Below, in pieces: positions 1 through 9,816 of a DNA stretch of 32,000 bases. The notes beneath the pieces are model-generated. The model worked only from the letters and a program-made list of their open reading frames with translations, ran no database searches and was not told where the DNA came from. The DNA lies in the NCBI RefSeq assembly GCF_051097895.1, contig NZ_CP142525.1:360001-392000 (forward strand), in the 5' to 3' direction. Each line of letters begins with the position of its first letter. The first letter of the stretch is position 1. The position numbers and the translations under genes were made by a program. This DNA comes from Psychrobacter sp. HD31 (GTDB lineage Bacteria > Pseudomonadota > Gammaproteobacteria > Pseudomonadales > Moraxellaceae).

Positions 1-897
1 TCAAAGCTATTAAGTTTAGGCATGCTACTGCTGCTGGTATTTTTGCTAATGGGCAGAAGTTGCTCCACAGCGGAGACAGCCGCTGGCAGTAGCCTAGACA
101 CCATTGGTATGAGCACATCACACCTTGCTGTTGTGGATATTAATGGCAAAATCGCAGCAGATTCTGCCGCAAATGCTGTTGATGTTGTAGCGGCAATGAC
201 AAAAGCTTTTGAAAATAATAATGCCAAAGCGGTTGCGTTAAATATTAACTCACCTGGTGGTTCACCTGTTCAGTCAGATGAAATATGGCTGGCTGCCAAA
301 GATTTGCGTGAAGAATACCCAGATAAAAAATTGTATGCGGTGATTGGCGATATAGGGGCTTCTGGTGCGTATTACATTGCGTCCGCAGCCGATGAAATTT
401 ATGTTAATCCATCTAGCTTGGTGGGGTCAATTGGAGTAATCATGTCTAACTTTGATGCCCAAGAGTTGTTGAAAAAAGTGGGCTTGAAAGAGCGTACAAT
501 GCATGCGGGCGAATATAAAGATATTTTAAGTATGGGTCGCCCAATGACAACGTTTGAAAAACAACATATTGATAGTGTTTTGGCAAATACTCATAAGCAC
601 TTTATTGATGCTGTTAAACAAGGGCGTGGTAGTAAGCTTAAAAACCCAGAAGAAAACAAATTGTTTACAGGATTGTTTTGGACAGGTGAACAAGCCATTG
701 GATTGGGTTTGGCAGATAAAACGGGCGGTATAAGACAGCTAGGGAAAGATTTGGACTTATCTAATGCACACAACTACACCATGGTAGACCCGATGCAAAA
801 CCTTTTTGACCGTTTTGCGTTAAAAATGGGTGCAGGTTTTGCAACCGCTGTTAGCGATACCTTACAAACAGAAGAAGGAAGTGCCAAGCTACGCTAA
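1..897 (+). CDS. S49-family signal peptide peptidase (SppA 36K-type / SohB-like), probably 5'-truncated by the window edge
   Basis: ORF 22..897, with the same frame open back to base 1. Hydrophobic N-terminal anchor (LLLLVFLLM). S49 hallmarks LNINSPGGSPVQSDE and GDIGASGAYYIASAADEIY (catalytic Ser region). Confidence 0.8.
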   Translation, partial: SKLLSLGMLLLLVFLLMGRSCSTAETAAGSSLDTIGMSTSHLAVVDINGKIAADSAANAVDVVAAMTKAFENNNAKAVALNINSPGGSPVQSDEIWLAAKDLREEYPDKKLYAVIGDIGASGAYYIASAADEIYVNPSSLVGSIGVIMSNFDAQELLKKVGLKERTMHAGEYKDILSMGRPMTTFEKQHIDSVLANTHKHFIDAVKQGRGSKLKNPEENKLFTGLFWTGEQAIGLGLADKTGGIRQLGKDLDLSNAHNYTMVDPMQNLFDRFALKMGAGFATAVSDTLQTEEGSAKLR

Positions 898-902
898 ATC
901 TT

Positions 903-1787
903 ATGAATATTAATTATGATTTTTCGCACTTGCCTAAATCGGCATTAACAGGCAAGCCAGTGTTACATTTTGCCCATGCTAATGGCATGCCATCGCTAGT
1001 TTATCAACCATTGTTTAATAAACTAGAGGCGTATTTTACAGTGGAGTATATTGCGCTTTTTGGTGCAACCAGTGGGTACGAAGTTGATGAACATTGGAAT
1101 AACTTACGTCAACAATTAATCGACAATGTTACTGCAGCGTGCAAAAAGCATGAGGTGCCTCATGTGGTTGGTTTTGGGCATTCTTTGGGTGCATTATCAA
1201 CTTTACGGGCAATATATAAACAGCCAGATTTATTTAGCCAAGCGGTTTTATGTGACCCTCCCATGATTCAAGGTATCACCAGTTTTATTTGGCATATGGC
1301 TAAGCAACTTGATAAATTGCCACTATTTGATAATACCTTTATGGATAAATTATCGCCTGCTGGTATTTCAAAAAAACGCCGTGATGTTTGGGAAAGCAGG
1401 GAAGAAGCAAAACAAAGCTTTAGTAAAAACAGATTTTTTGCCAAGTTTGATCCACGTTGTTTAGATGGCTATGTTCAGCATGGATTGATAGAGCGTGCAG
1501 ATGGTAAATTTACCCTTGCTATCCCTAAAAAAAATGAGGTGGCGATTTTTCGCACCAATCCTTCTTGGTATTGGTTAACACCCAACCGCGCGCCTAAAGC
1601 ACCGGTGACGTTAATAATAGGCGAAGATAGCCTGTTTCTAAAACGTAAGTTTCCGCAAATTATAGAAAAACGGCTAAAAATACCATTTAAAGTCCATACC
1701 GGTGGGCATATGTTTCCACTAGAATATCCTGATTCAGTGGTAGAAATGGCATTAGATATTTTTAATACACAGCAGTCATCAAACTAA
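903..1787 (+). CDS. alpha/beta-fold hydrolase
   Basis: 294-aa ORF starting 5 nt after the upstream stop. Nucleophile elbow GFGHSLGAL and a C-terminal GGHMFPLE histidine region typical of the alpha/beta hydrolase fold. Substrate unknown. Confidence 0.75.
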   Translation: MNINYDFSHLPKSALTGKPVLHFAHANGMPSLVYQPLFNKLEAYFTVEYIALFGATSGYEVDEHWNNLRQQLIDNVTAACKKHEVPHVVGFGHSLGALSTLRAIYKQPDLFSQAVLCDPPMIQGITSFIWHMAKQLDKLPLFDNTFMDKLSPAGISKKRRDVWESREEAKQSFSKNRFFAKFDPRCLDGYVQHGLIERADGKFTLAIPKKNEVAIFRTNPSWYWLTPNRAPKAPVTLIIGEDSLFLKRKFPQIIEKRLKIPFKVHTGGHMFPLEYPDSVVEMALDIFNTQQSSN

Positions 1788-1822
1788 TTTAAAACAGTAA
1801 ATAAACTTTACGGCTTATTTTT

Positions 1823-2599
1823 ATGTCTAAATACAATCAATTTAGCCAATCTTTGTTTGGTACAAGCCCCTTGTTTGGCAAAGTGGGTACTTTTTTTCTT
1901 ATTGTTTTTGTATTGCTTTTTTTTGTGGTTACGCAAGTCGCAACATTGGTTATGGCAGCCTTTTTACTGATGCCAGCACAAATGGCAACCGATATAGATG
2001 CCACCATGGCGCAGGTTGTTAATAATGGGACAGCAATCAGTGTGTCATCGTGCTTAACATTTGTGGTTATGTATTTTTTGATTGCCACCATTGTTAAACT
2101 ACGTAAAAAAGCCATCAACCAATATTTACCAGTTGTTAGTTTTGATTTAAATATTGCAATAAAAGCGTTTGCATTGTGGGTATTATTTGTGGTGGGTAAT
2201 GAATTTATTACCGATTTGACAAATCGCAACCCCATGGTTTTTATGGATGAAATTTACGCCACTGCAGACCCACTATGGTTGCTTGTATTAAGTCTTGTTA
2301 TTATCGTACCAATTTATGAAGAATTGATTTTTAGAGGGGTTTTGTGGAAAGCAACTGCCGAGCAGTTTGTTAACCAAAAAAAAGGGGCAATATTTGCAAG
2401 TGTATTAATGGCGTTAATTTTTGCATTGGTGCATGTGCAATATGATTTTTTTGAAATGGCGAGCATTTTTATTTTAGCATTAATTTTAGGATATGCACGC
2501 TATCGCTCTGGCTCTGTATTACTCCCGATTTTGATGCATGTTTTTAATAATGGTTTGGCATTATGGCAGTATTCATTGACGGTTGGTAATCTTGGATAG
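1823..2599 (+). CDS. CPBP-family intramembrane glutamic endopeptidase (CAAX protease / Abi-like)
   Basis: 258-aa polytopic ORF with the family motifs YEELIFRG, LVH and HVFNN in predicted TM segments. Confidence 0.8.
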   Translation: MSKYNQFSQSLFGTSPLFGKVGTFFLIVFVLLFFVVTQVATLVMAAFLLMPAQMATDIDATMAQVVNNGTAISVSSCLTFVVMYFLIATIVKLRKKAINQYLPVVSFDLNIAIKAFALWVLFVVGNEFITDLTNRNPMVFMDEIYATADPLWLLVLSLVIIVPIYEELIFRGVLWKATAEQFVNQKKGAIFASVLMALIFALVHVQYDFFEMASIFILALILGYARYRSGSVLLPILMHVFNNGLALWQYSLTVGNLG

Positions 2600-2608
2600 G
2601 TTATAAGC

Positions 2609-3235
2609 ATGAATTATTTAGCGCATACTTTATTGTCAAAAAATAATATTGATTATCAACTGGGTAATTTGCTTGCCGATGTACTCAAAGGCGAGGGGTG
2701 GGTTGGGGCTTCTCAGCAGCACCTTGATGGGCTAAACATGCACAAACAAATAGACAAGTTTACGGATAATAGTCATATTGTTAGGCAAGCATTATCAACA
2801 TTGGGTAGTGGTTATCTTAAAGGCGTGGTGCTAGATATTACGTTTGATTACTTTTTAAGCAAGCATTGGGATAAGTTTGTCACAATCGAAAAAGATGTTT
2901 TTATCCAAAATTTTTATGAGCATGCAAAAAAACAAGGTAGCAATTTACCGAGTAAAGCAAATGAGTTTGTTACCGCAATTGCCAAGTATGATATTTTAGG
3001 CAATTACAATACACTAATTGATTTAGAGCAAGTGTTTCAACGTGTCAACCGAAGACTCTCACATCGGTTACTTGCCAAAGAAAATACCACAGACTATTTA
3101 CCAAGAATCACAGAAAACTACGATAAATTAGAGCAAGACTTTTTGCAGTTTTTTCCGACTTTAATTGCGTTATTTTTACAGCAAAGTCAGGCAAAAAGTA
3201 GCGAACACCTTTTTAAGCTTGATTTACCTGTTTAA
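2609..3235 (+). CDS. acpH: acyl carrier protein phosphodiesterase
   Basis: From my recollection of E. coli AcpH, the N-terminus MNYLAHTLL..GNLLADVLKG, HKQIDKFTD and LDITFDYFLSKHW follow it block for block. 9-nt gap from the upstream gene. Confidence 0.85.
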   Translation: MNYLAHTLLSKNNIDYQLGNLLADVLKGEGWVGASQQHLDGLNMHKQIDKFTDNSHIVRQALSTLGSGYLKGVVLDITFDYFLSKHWDKFVTIEKDVFIQNFYEHAKKQGSNLPSKANEFVTAIAKYDILGNYNTLIDLEQVFQRVNRRLSHRLLAKENTTDYLPRITENYDKLEQDFLQFFPTLIALFLQQSQAKSSEHLFKLDLPV

Positions 3236-3262
3236 AAGTAGACTTAAAAATACAGTATGTAA

Positions 3263-4255
3263 TTAACAGCCTGGGTTTAATGCAAATACCTTTTCACCCG
3301 CTTCTATAATTTCTTCAACCGTTAGGTGACGCTTGCCACTTAAAGCCTGACGCCACTTTCTACCACCGGCTAACCCATGAAACAACCCCAAATAATGGCG
3401 AGAAAACGCTGCCAATGGCTCACCATTTTCAACTTGTTTGTGTAGATAAGGGATTAATTGTTCAAAAATGGCCTGACGTGTGGGAACATCCTCTCCCCAC
3501 AGTTGGTTACATTCTGCCAACAAATAAGGCGTATGATAAAAAGCACGTCCAATCATAACGCCATCAACATGTTGTAAATGTTGTTTAATTTCATCAACTG
3601 GGCTATCGGCATAGCCAATCCCACCGTTAATTTCGATGGTCAGCTCAGGGAAGTCTTGCTTTAAGCGATAAACATCGTCATAACGTATGGGGGGTATTTC
3701 TCGGTTTTGTTTTGGGCTTAACCCTTGTAGCCAAGCGATACGGGCATGCACAATAAAATGTTTACAGCCTTCATTGGCTGATGCCATTACAAAATCACGC
3801 ATAAACTCATAGCTGTCGTGTTCATCAATACCAATACGGTGTTTAACAGTAATGGGTATGTCAACTGCTGCTTGCATGTGTTTAACCAGCTTGGCAACGG
3901 TGTTTGGCTCTGCCATTAAACAAGCACCAATACGGTTGTTTTGTACTCTATCAGATGGGCAACCCACGTTGATGTTAACTTCATCAAACCCGCGTTGTTG
4001 GGCAATCACCGTACATTGTGTCATCTCATCAATGTCAGCACCGCCAAGTTGTAGTACCAATGGGTGCTCAATATCATCATAGCGTAATAATCTATTGGCA
4101 TTGCCATGCAAAATAGCCCCAGTGCTTATCATTTCAGTATAAAGATAAGTATGTGGGTTAAATAAGCGCGCAAAATAACGATAATCAGGCGTTGTCCAGT
4201 CGATCATAGGAGCTATCGATAGGCGTTTGTTGTTTATGTCAATCTCTAATGTCAT
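3263..4255 (-). CDS. dusA: tRNA dihydrouridine(20/20a) synthase DusA
   Basis: 330 aa. DusA-type N-terminus SIAPMIDWTTPDYRYFARL, catalytic-Cys motif NINVGCPSDRV, FMN-binding TIM-barrel blocks (VKHRIG, IVHAR, INGGI). Confidence 0.92.
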   Translation of the reverse strand: MTLEIDINNKRLSIAPMIDWTTPDYRYFARLFNPHTYLYTEMISTGAILHGNANRLLRYDDIEHPLVLQLGGADIDEMTQCTVIAQQRGFDEVNINVGCPSDRVQNNRIGACLMAEPNTVAKLVKHMQAAVDIPITVKHRIGIDEHDSYEFMRDFVMASANEGCKHFIVHARIAWLQGLSPKQNREIPPIRYDDVYRLKQDFPELTIEINGGIGYADSPVDEIKQHLQHVDGVMIGRAFYHTPYLLAECNQLWGEDVPTRQAIFEQLIPYLHKQVENGEPLAAFSRHYLGLFHGLAGGRKWRQALSGKRHLTVEEIIEAGEKVFALNPGC

Positions 4256-4728
4256 CGAAACAAATCTCTACTTTTCCACTTTTTATCTACATCAAGCCAG
4301 ATTGCAGGAGTTAAAGACTGAGTGTTCTTAAAACTGATAATTTCATTGTGATATTCACATAATACTTTGTTTTCAATTAAGTTAATAATATCTTTATCAG
4401 TTTTTGTTTCTTCAATATCATCAATTTGATAAGGGGCTTCTGCAAATTTTCCATCATAAAACTTACTAGTTGGACCGCACATTCCATAAGTATTAGGGGT
4501 ATCGATATCAGGTATGTATTCCCACCAACTAATTGCACGAATTTTATATTTATTTTCTAAAATTTCTTTAATGAATTTTTGGTAGTTTAATCGAGAAACA
4601 ATAATATCAATATAACTACTACCGACTGGCTGAGCCTTGTATTTAAGAAGTAATTTATCTAATACTTTTTTTGTGTTTTTCATAGAGTTTTCTAGATTAT
4701 TGAATCGAATAATTGAGAATTTTATCAT
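4252..4728 (-). CDS. hypothetical protein (AT-rich orphan; no family recognised)
   Basis: ORF evidence only. My hand count is about 131 G+C in 468 nt (~28%). Its TGA stop overlaps the dusA ATG (minus-strand ATGA, 4255..4252). No signal peptide or TM segment is evident. Alternative start at Met16 (4683). Confidence 0.5.
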   Translation of the reverse strand: MIKFSIIRFNNLENSMKNTKKVLDKLLLKYKAQPVGSSYIDIIVSRLNYQKFIKEILENKYKIRAISWWEYIPDIDTPNTYGMCGPTSKFYDGKFAEAPYQIDDIEETKTDKDIINLIENKVLCEYHNEIISFKNTQSLTPAIWLDVDKKWKSRDLFR

Positions 4729-4980
4729 ATTTCAGTTATCATGACTTGATACTAGATAGAAAACGGAAAACATGATTCAGTTGGTAGCGTGTGGCACAAT
4801 CTATCGTACAAAATTTTTTGCAAATTTTAACACAGTTTGATGACTAAATTGTGTGCGACAATAAAATGAGTGGATGTTATGGTTTGGAATATAAAAAATA
4901 AAAAAACTCATTAGCGTGTCTTAAAAGCCGTGTTATCATAATGGGTTGCAAATTTATATAAAAATGAGTGTCTAAAATAA

Positions 4981-6273
4981 ATGAAACAGCCATCTAAACA
5001 AACAGCGAATCAGCCATTAAAACAACAAAAAACCACCTCACTACTTGATGATAATTGGCAGTCTGATGCCTTAGACTTAAGCTTAAATTATGATATGCAA
5101 ACCATGGCAGTGCGTGCAGGGCAACATCGCACAGACGAGGGAGAACATAACGAGGCAATATTTGCAACAAGCTCTTATGTTTATACCAATGCCCAAGAAG
5201 CAGCTAACCACTTTAATGGGACTAGCAAAGGTAATGTGTACTCTCGTCATACTAACCCAAGTGTACGAACTTTTGAGCGTCGTCTTGCAGCTTTAGAAGA
5301 GGGTGAAGCTGCAATTGCAACGGCTTCTGGCATGGGAGCAATTTTAACCATGTGCTTGGCATACTTGCAAGCAGGCGATCATGTTGTGGCAGCAAAGCAG
5401 TTATTTGGTTCAACAATGGGGCTGCTTAACAATATCATGACTAATTTTGGTGTTAAGGTCGATTTTGTTGATGGTACCAACAATCAGGCTTGGGCAGATG
5501 CGATAACACAAGATACAAAATTATTTTTTTGTGAAAGCCCAAGTAATCCACTTACGCAAATTTGTGACATTGCCTATTTGGCAGACTTAGCACATGGCAA
5601 TTTATCAACGGATTGTGATGCCTTGTTAGTGGTAGATAACTGTTTTGCAACCCCAGCCATACAAAAGCCGTTAACATTGGGGGCAGATATTGTTATCCAT
5701 TCGGCAACCAAGTATTTAGATGGGCAAGGGCGTGTGCTTGGCGGTGCGTTAGTTGGCAGTCATGAGTTAATGGAAAAAGCTTTTGCAGTGGTACGTAGTG
5801 GTGGTATTACTATGAGTCCATTTAATGCTTGGGTCTTTACTAAAGGGCTTGAAACCCTAAACTTACGTATGCAAGCACACTGCCGTAATGCCAATGATAT
5901 TGCTCAATGGTTGGCTAATCACCCTAAAGTGATTAAAGTGCATTTTTGTGGTTTACCAGAGCATCCTTCACATCAACTTGCCAAACAGCAGCATCATAAA
6001 GCCAATTGTTTTGGTGCAATTATTGGTTTTGAGGTTGCTAACCAACAGCAAGCTTGGCAAGTAATTGATAGTACAAAAATGATATCAATCACGAATAATT
6101 TAGGCGATACAAAATCTACCATTACGCACCCAGCCACCACAACGCATTTCCGTATGGGTGAGCAAGCACGCCTAGAAGCAGGTGTAAAAGATGGTTTAAT
6201 CCGTTTGTCAGTGGGTATTGAAGACTATAATGACATTATTAATGATTTGGCAATAGGGCTTGATAAGCTTTAA
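4981..6273 (+). CDS. metZ: O-succinylhomoserine sulfhydrylase (Cys/Met-metabolism PLP enzyme)
   Basis: 430 aa. AVRAGQHRTDEGEHNEAIFATSSYVY N-terminal block, PLP-lysine motif HSATKYLDGQG, C-terminal LIRLSVGIED. The family call is firm. The MetZ versus MetB/MetY assignment rests on N-terminal resemblance to Pseudomonas-type MetZ. Confidence 0.8.
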   Translation: MKQPSKQTANQPLKQQKTTSLLDDNWQSDALDLSLNYDMQTMAVRAGQHRTDEGEHNEAIFATSSYVYTNAQEAANHFNGTSKGNVYSRHTNPSVRTFERRLAALEEGEAAIATASGMGAILTMCLAYLQAGDHVVAAKQLFGSTMGLLNNIMTNFGVKVDFVDGTNNQAWADAITQDTKLFFCESPSNPLTQICDIAYLADLAHGNLSTDCDALLVVDNCFATPAIQKPLTLGADIVIHSATKYLDGQGRVLGGALVGSHELMEKAFAVVRSGGITMSPFNAWVFTKGLETLNLRMQAHCRNANDIAQWLANHPKVIKVHFCGLPEHPSHQLAKQQHHKANCFGAIIGFEVANQQQAWQVIDSTKMISITNNLGDTKSTITHPATTTHFRMGEQARLEAGVKDGLIRLSVGIEDYNDIINDLAIGLDKL

Positions 6274-6355
6274 AATTGTCTAGTAATTTAGACAGTTAGA
6301 CACAATCACTGTATAATTAAGCTATATTTTTGAGTTAATTTTATAAGAGGCAAAT

Positions 6356-6688
6356 ATGAATATTCAAGCATTAATGCAACAAGCACAAGCCATGCAAAAA
6401 CAAGTAGAAGGCAAAGTAGAAAATGCTAAAAAAGAGCTGGCAGAAAAAGAAGTCACGGCAGAGGCTGGTAGCGGATTAGTAAAAGTAAGTATGACAGGTC
6501 GCCACGTTGTTAAGCGCATTTCTATTGACCCAAGTTTGTTAGAAGACGAGCCAGACATGATTGAAGACTTAATTGCAGCAGCGATTAACGATGCGGTACG
6601 TCAAGCAGATGAACTACATGAAGAAATCATGGGTAAAGCAACTGGCGGTATGGGACTGCCACCAGGCATGCAAGGTTTGTTTGGTTAA
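6356..6688 (+). CDS. ybaB: nucleoid-associated protein YbaB/EbfC
   Basis: 110 aa. [10 protein letters not shown]...[25 protein letters not shown]...[11 protein letters not shown] is the canonical YbaB pattern. GAGG Shine-Dalgarno 6 nt upstream. Confidence 0.92.
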   Translation: MNIQALMQQAQAMQKQVEGKVENAKKELAEKEVTAEAGSGLVKVSMTGRHVVKRISIDPSLLEDEPDMIEDLIAAAINDAVRQADELHEEIMGKATGGMGLPPGMQGLFG

Positions 6689-6822
6689 TTTTTCAAACTC
6701 ATGTTAGCAAGTTAAGTAGGCTGGGCTTTTTTAGTCCAGCTTGTTTAGTATCTGCTAATCTTATTGCTGGTTACCAACCAGTTACCATTTTACTACCTAA
6801 CAAGAGTGTTTGACTGTAAAAC

Positions 6823-7416
6823 ATGCTGACTCCCAAATTTGATAATCTTGTAAAACAATTGCGTGTACTGCCTGGTGTTGGGCAAAAGTCGGCTCAGCGT
6901 ATGGCGTTGCATTTGTTAACCCAAAAACGGGTGCAAGGTATGGCATTAGCTGGTGCTTTAGATGAAGCCATGCGAGAAATTATTGAATGTGAGCGTTGCC
7001 ACTCATTTAGTGATGAAGCCATTTGTCCTATTTGCCAAGATCCCAGACGAGAGGACAACCTACTATGTGTGGTAGAAACAGCCGCCGATGTGATGGCAAT
7101 TGAGCAAAGTGGTGGGTACCGTGGGCGGTATTTTGTTCTGGGTGGGCATTTGTCGCCAATTGATGGCATTGGGGTTGATGAGTTAAATATTGATCAATTA
7201 ATTAGCCGCCTAAAAGCTGAGCAAATTGATGAGCTTATTTTGGCAACTGGCACCACGGTAGAAGGGCAAACAACGGCGCAGTTTATATCTCAGGCAGCGG
7301 CTAATCATGTCGTAAAAATTACCAGATTAGCGCAGGGTGTCCCTGTTGGTGGTGAGCTTGAGTACCTAGATAGCATGACCTTAAACCAAGCCATGAGCAA
7401 CCGAGCTAAGTTGTAG
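6823..7416 (+). CDS. recR: recombination mediator RecR
   Basis: 197 aa. Hh[18 protein letters not shown]4 zinc finger [16 protein letters not shown], Toprim block [14 protein letters not shown]. Confidence 0.95.
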   Translation: MLTPKFDNLVKQLRVLPGVGQKSAQRMALHLLTQKRVQGMALAGALDEAMREIIECERCHSFSDEAICPICQDPRREDNLLCVVETAADVMAIEQSGGYRGRYFVLGGHLSPIDGIGVDELNIDQLISRLKAEQIDELILATGTTVEGQTTAQFISQAAANHVVKITRLAQGVPVGGELEYLDSMTLNQAMSNRAKL

Positions 7417-7431
7417 TTTTAAAATCAAATT

Positions 7432-8457
7432 ATGCAAAACACACACACGCTATTAACCCCCATGCAAATAGGCGATGCACGGCAGGGGCTAAAAATTCAA
7501 AATCGATTAATTGTAGCACCAATGGCAGGGGTAACAGATAACCCTTTTCGTCAATTGTGTAAGTCTTTTGGTGCAGGGCACGCTGTTAGCGAGATGATGA
7601 CAGCTGATGCCAGTCTATATGCCAAAAAAAAGAGTTTGTTTAGAGCCAATTTTGATGGCGAGATAGCCCCAATTTCTGCCCAAATTGCTGGGGCAGACCC
7701 TGCCAAACTTGCCGAGGCTGCACAATATCAAATTGCCAATGGCGCACAGATTATTGACATCAATATGGGTTGCCCTGCTAAGAAAGTATTAAAAAAACTG
7801 GCAGGGTCTGCTTTGTTAAAAGATGAAGACTTAGTGGCAAGGCTATTGGATGCAACCGTCAAGGCAGTAGATGCGCCTGTGACGTTAAAAACAAGACTTG
7901 GTTACAGTAATGGTAAAGAAAACATTGTAAAAATTGCTAAAATGGCAGAAGAAGCAGGCATACAAGCCATTGCAATCCATGGTAGAACACGTGAAGATAG
8001 ATATGGTGGTAATGCCAAATATGATCTAATAGGCGAGGTTAAAAGCACAGTTCGTATCCCTGTTATTGCCAATGGTGATATCGATAGCCCTCAAAAAGCG
8101 GTAGAAGTGTTTGAAAAAACGGGCTGTGATGCCATTATGATTGGGCGTGCCGCACAAGGAAAACCTTGGATATTTAGAGACATTGCCTACTATTTACAAA
8201 CGGGCGAAACATTACCACCGCCAAATATTGACGAGCTGCAAGAGATTGTATTAAACCATTTGCAAGCATTGTATCGATTTTATGGTGAGTATTCTGGTTG
8301 TCGTATTGCACGTAAACACATTGCTTGGTATACCAATGGAATTGCAAATTCTAATGCGTTTAGGCAAGCCATGTATCAAGAAGAAACTACCGCAGGGCAA
8401 TATAAAGTGGTTGAGCAGTTTTTAAGTAGTCATTTAAGTGACTACCTAAATAAATAG
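7432..8457 (+). CDS. dusB: tRNA dihydrouridine synthase DusB
   Basis: 341 aa. APMAGVTDNPFRQLC, INMGCPAKKV catalytic Cys, IHGRTR, ANGDI and a C-terminal helical domain. 15 nt after the recR stop. Confidence 0.9.
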   Translation: MQNTHTLLTPMQIGDARQGLKIQNRLIVAPMAGVTDNPFRQLCKSFGAGHAVSEMMTADASLYAKKKSLFRANFDGEIAPISAQIAGADPAKLAEAAQYQIANGAQIIDINMGCPAKKVLKKLAGSALLKDEDLVARLLDATVKAVDAPVTLKTRLGYSNGKENIVKIAKMAEEAGIQAIAIHGRTREDRYGGNAKYDLIGEVKSTVRIPVIANGDIDSPQKAVEVFEKTGCDAIMIGRAAQGKPWIFRDIAYYLQTGETLPPPNIDELQEIVLNHLQALYRFYGEYSGCRIARKHIAWYTNGIANSNAFRQAMYQEETTAGQYKVVEQFLSSHLSDYLNK

Positions 8458-8570
8458 CCCTTATAAATAGCACTTTGAATCATGATGTTGCCATTTATCC
8501 AACGAATGCCACATTTTTTTAATGAAGTTTTGATATAACGCTAAATAGATAATTATAAAAAGGTCTGTCA

Positions 8571-9803
8571 ATGACTCACACACAAACAGCTATGCCAACG
8601 ATTGAAGACATGCAAAGCGAGCAACTCGGTTTGCAAAATGCCAAAACATTGCCAGTTAGCTGGGTTAGCAGCCAAAGCCAGCTTGCCGATTTAGTTGCTT
8701 TATTACCAAGTTTTAATATCATTGCTTTAGATACTGAGTTTATCAAACGAGATACTTATTATCCACGTTTGGCGTTGGTACAAGTTAATACTGGCAAAGG
8801 TATTTATTTGGTTGATGCACCAGAGCTAGACTTAACTAACTTTTGGCAAGCGTTAGCAAAAGTACCATTAATGGTTTGGCATGCCTGCGGAGAGGATTTA
8901 GGCATATTTTATTTCCTGTCTGACGTGCCTGTGTTAAATAATGTATTTGATACCCAAATTGGCTTAGCTTTTTTAACAGGGCAGCTGCAGTTAGGCTATC
9001 AAAAAGCATTAGAAGACCTGTTGCAAATTGAGGTTGATAAGGGGCATAGCCAGTCTGACTGGTTGGCACGCCCACTAACGGCAGAGCAAGAGCACTATGC
9101 AGTAGATGATGTTCGTTATTTATTGCCACTTTATCAGAAAATTTTTAATGAACTCACTCAACAAGGGTTATATGAAATAGCGATGGCAGATTGCCAAATG
9201 TATGCCAGTGATTTATATAATGTGCAACAGGTTAGTGATGATGAGCAATACTTATCAGTTTCTGACTTTAGATATAGTGGTAAACAGCTTGCATTCTTGC
9301 GTGAGCTAATGGCATGGCGAGAAAAAATAGCCAGAGCGACTAATCAACCGCGTACCTTTATTTTGCGTAAACAGGGAATCCGTGAGCTGGTTGAGTTAAT
9401 GCCAAAGTCAAAAAAGCAACTCAAACAACAAACCAGCGTGCACCGTAAAATTATTGAAACATATGGCGATGAGATACTAAGGATTGTGGAGCAATCAGCC
9501 GCGCTGGATCCATCAACATACCCCGCATTGATTATTCCGCCGTATCGTTCAAAAGATAAAACGGTAAAAAAAGCAGTTGATGCCAGTATCAAAAGGTTTA
9601 GTGAGCAATCTGGTGTACCCACTAATGTGATTATGCGTAAAAAATGGTTAAGCGATTTGTATGAAATGGTCGCACTAGATAAAACCGAAGCTTATTTGCC
9701 ACAAGGCTTATTGGGATGGCGGTTTGAGTGGTTAAAAAATGATTTATTGCCGTTGCTTAAAAAACATCGTGCCGATTTACGCGAAGGCATGGGGTTAAAA
9801 TAA
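8571..9803 (+). CDS. rnd: ribonuclease D
   Basis: 410 aa. DEDD 3'-5' exonuclease motifs (ALDTEF, HACGEDL, HYAVDDVRYL) followed by an HRDC-like region (LAFLRELMAWREKIAR). Confidence 0.85.
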   Translation: MTHTQTAMPTIEDMQSEQLGLQNAKTLPVSWVSSQSQLADLVALLPSFNIIALDTEFIKRDTYYPRLALVQVNTGKGIYLVDAPELDLTNFWQALAKVPLMVWHACGEDLGIFYFLSDVPVLNNVFDTQIGLAFLTGQLQLGYQKALEDLLQIEVDKGHSQSDWLARPLTAEQEHYAVDDVRYLLPLYQKIFNELTQQGLYEIAMADCQMYASDLYNVQQVSDDEQYLSVSDFRYSGKQLAFLRELMAWREKIARATNQPRTFILRKQGIRELVELMPKSKKQLKQQTSVHRKIIETYGDEILRIVEQSAALDPSTYPALIIPPYRSKDKTVKKAVDASIKRFSEQSGVPTNVIMRKKWLSDLYEMVALDKTEAYLPQGLLGWRFEWLKNDLLPLLKKHRADLREGMGLK

Positions 9804-9816
9804 AATGCTAATGCCA

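Noticed and set aside
1837-2235. Long antisense or overlapping ORFs in the six-frame track (for example 1837..2235-, 3852..4082+, 6894..7169-, 8836..9129-, 13753..13983+, 15464..15697-, 18015..18356+, 19937..20284+, 28396..28737-, 30179..30406-, 31219..31504-)
   Set aside because: Each lies wholly inside a longer ORF with strong family motifs on the other strand or frame. They have no start signals and have low-complexity, Cys/Ser/Arg-rich translations typical of shadow frames.
4865-4969. Possible attenuator or Met regulatory leader upstream of metZ: AATGAGT (4865-4871), ACTCATT (4906-4912), AATGAGT (4963-4969) and repeated GTGTCT(T)AAAA
   Set aside because: The complementary segments are only 7 nt and AT-rich. 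No SAM-riboswitch core, no tandem MetJ boxes and no Met-rich leader peptide are present. Small uORFs encode MLWFGI or MVWNIKNKKTH.
3263-4980. An intact DusA-associated integrative element or prophage at dusA
   Set aside because: No integrase, excisionase, phage gene or flanking direct repeat is visible. Only the AT-rich orphan ORF is present, so at most this is a remnant (reported separately as a hypothesis).
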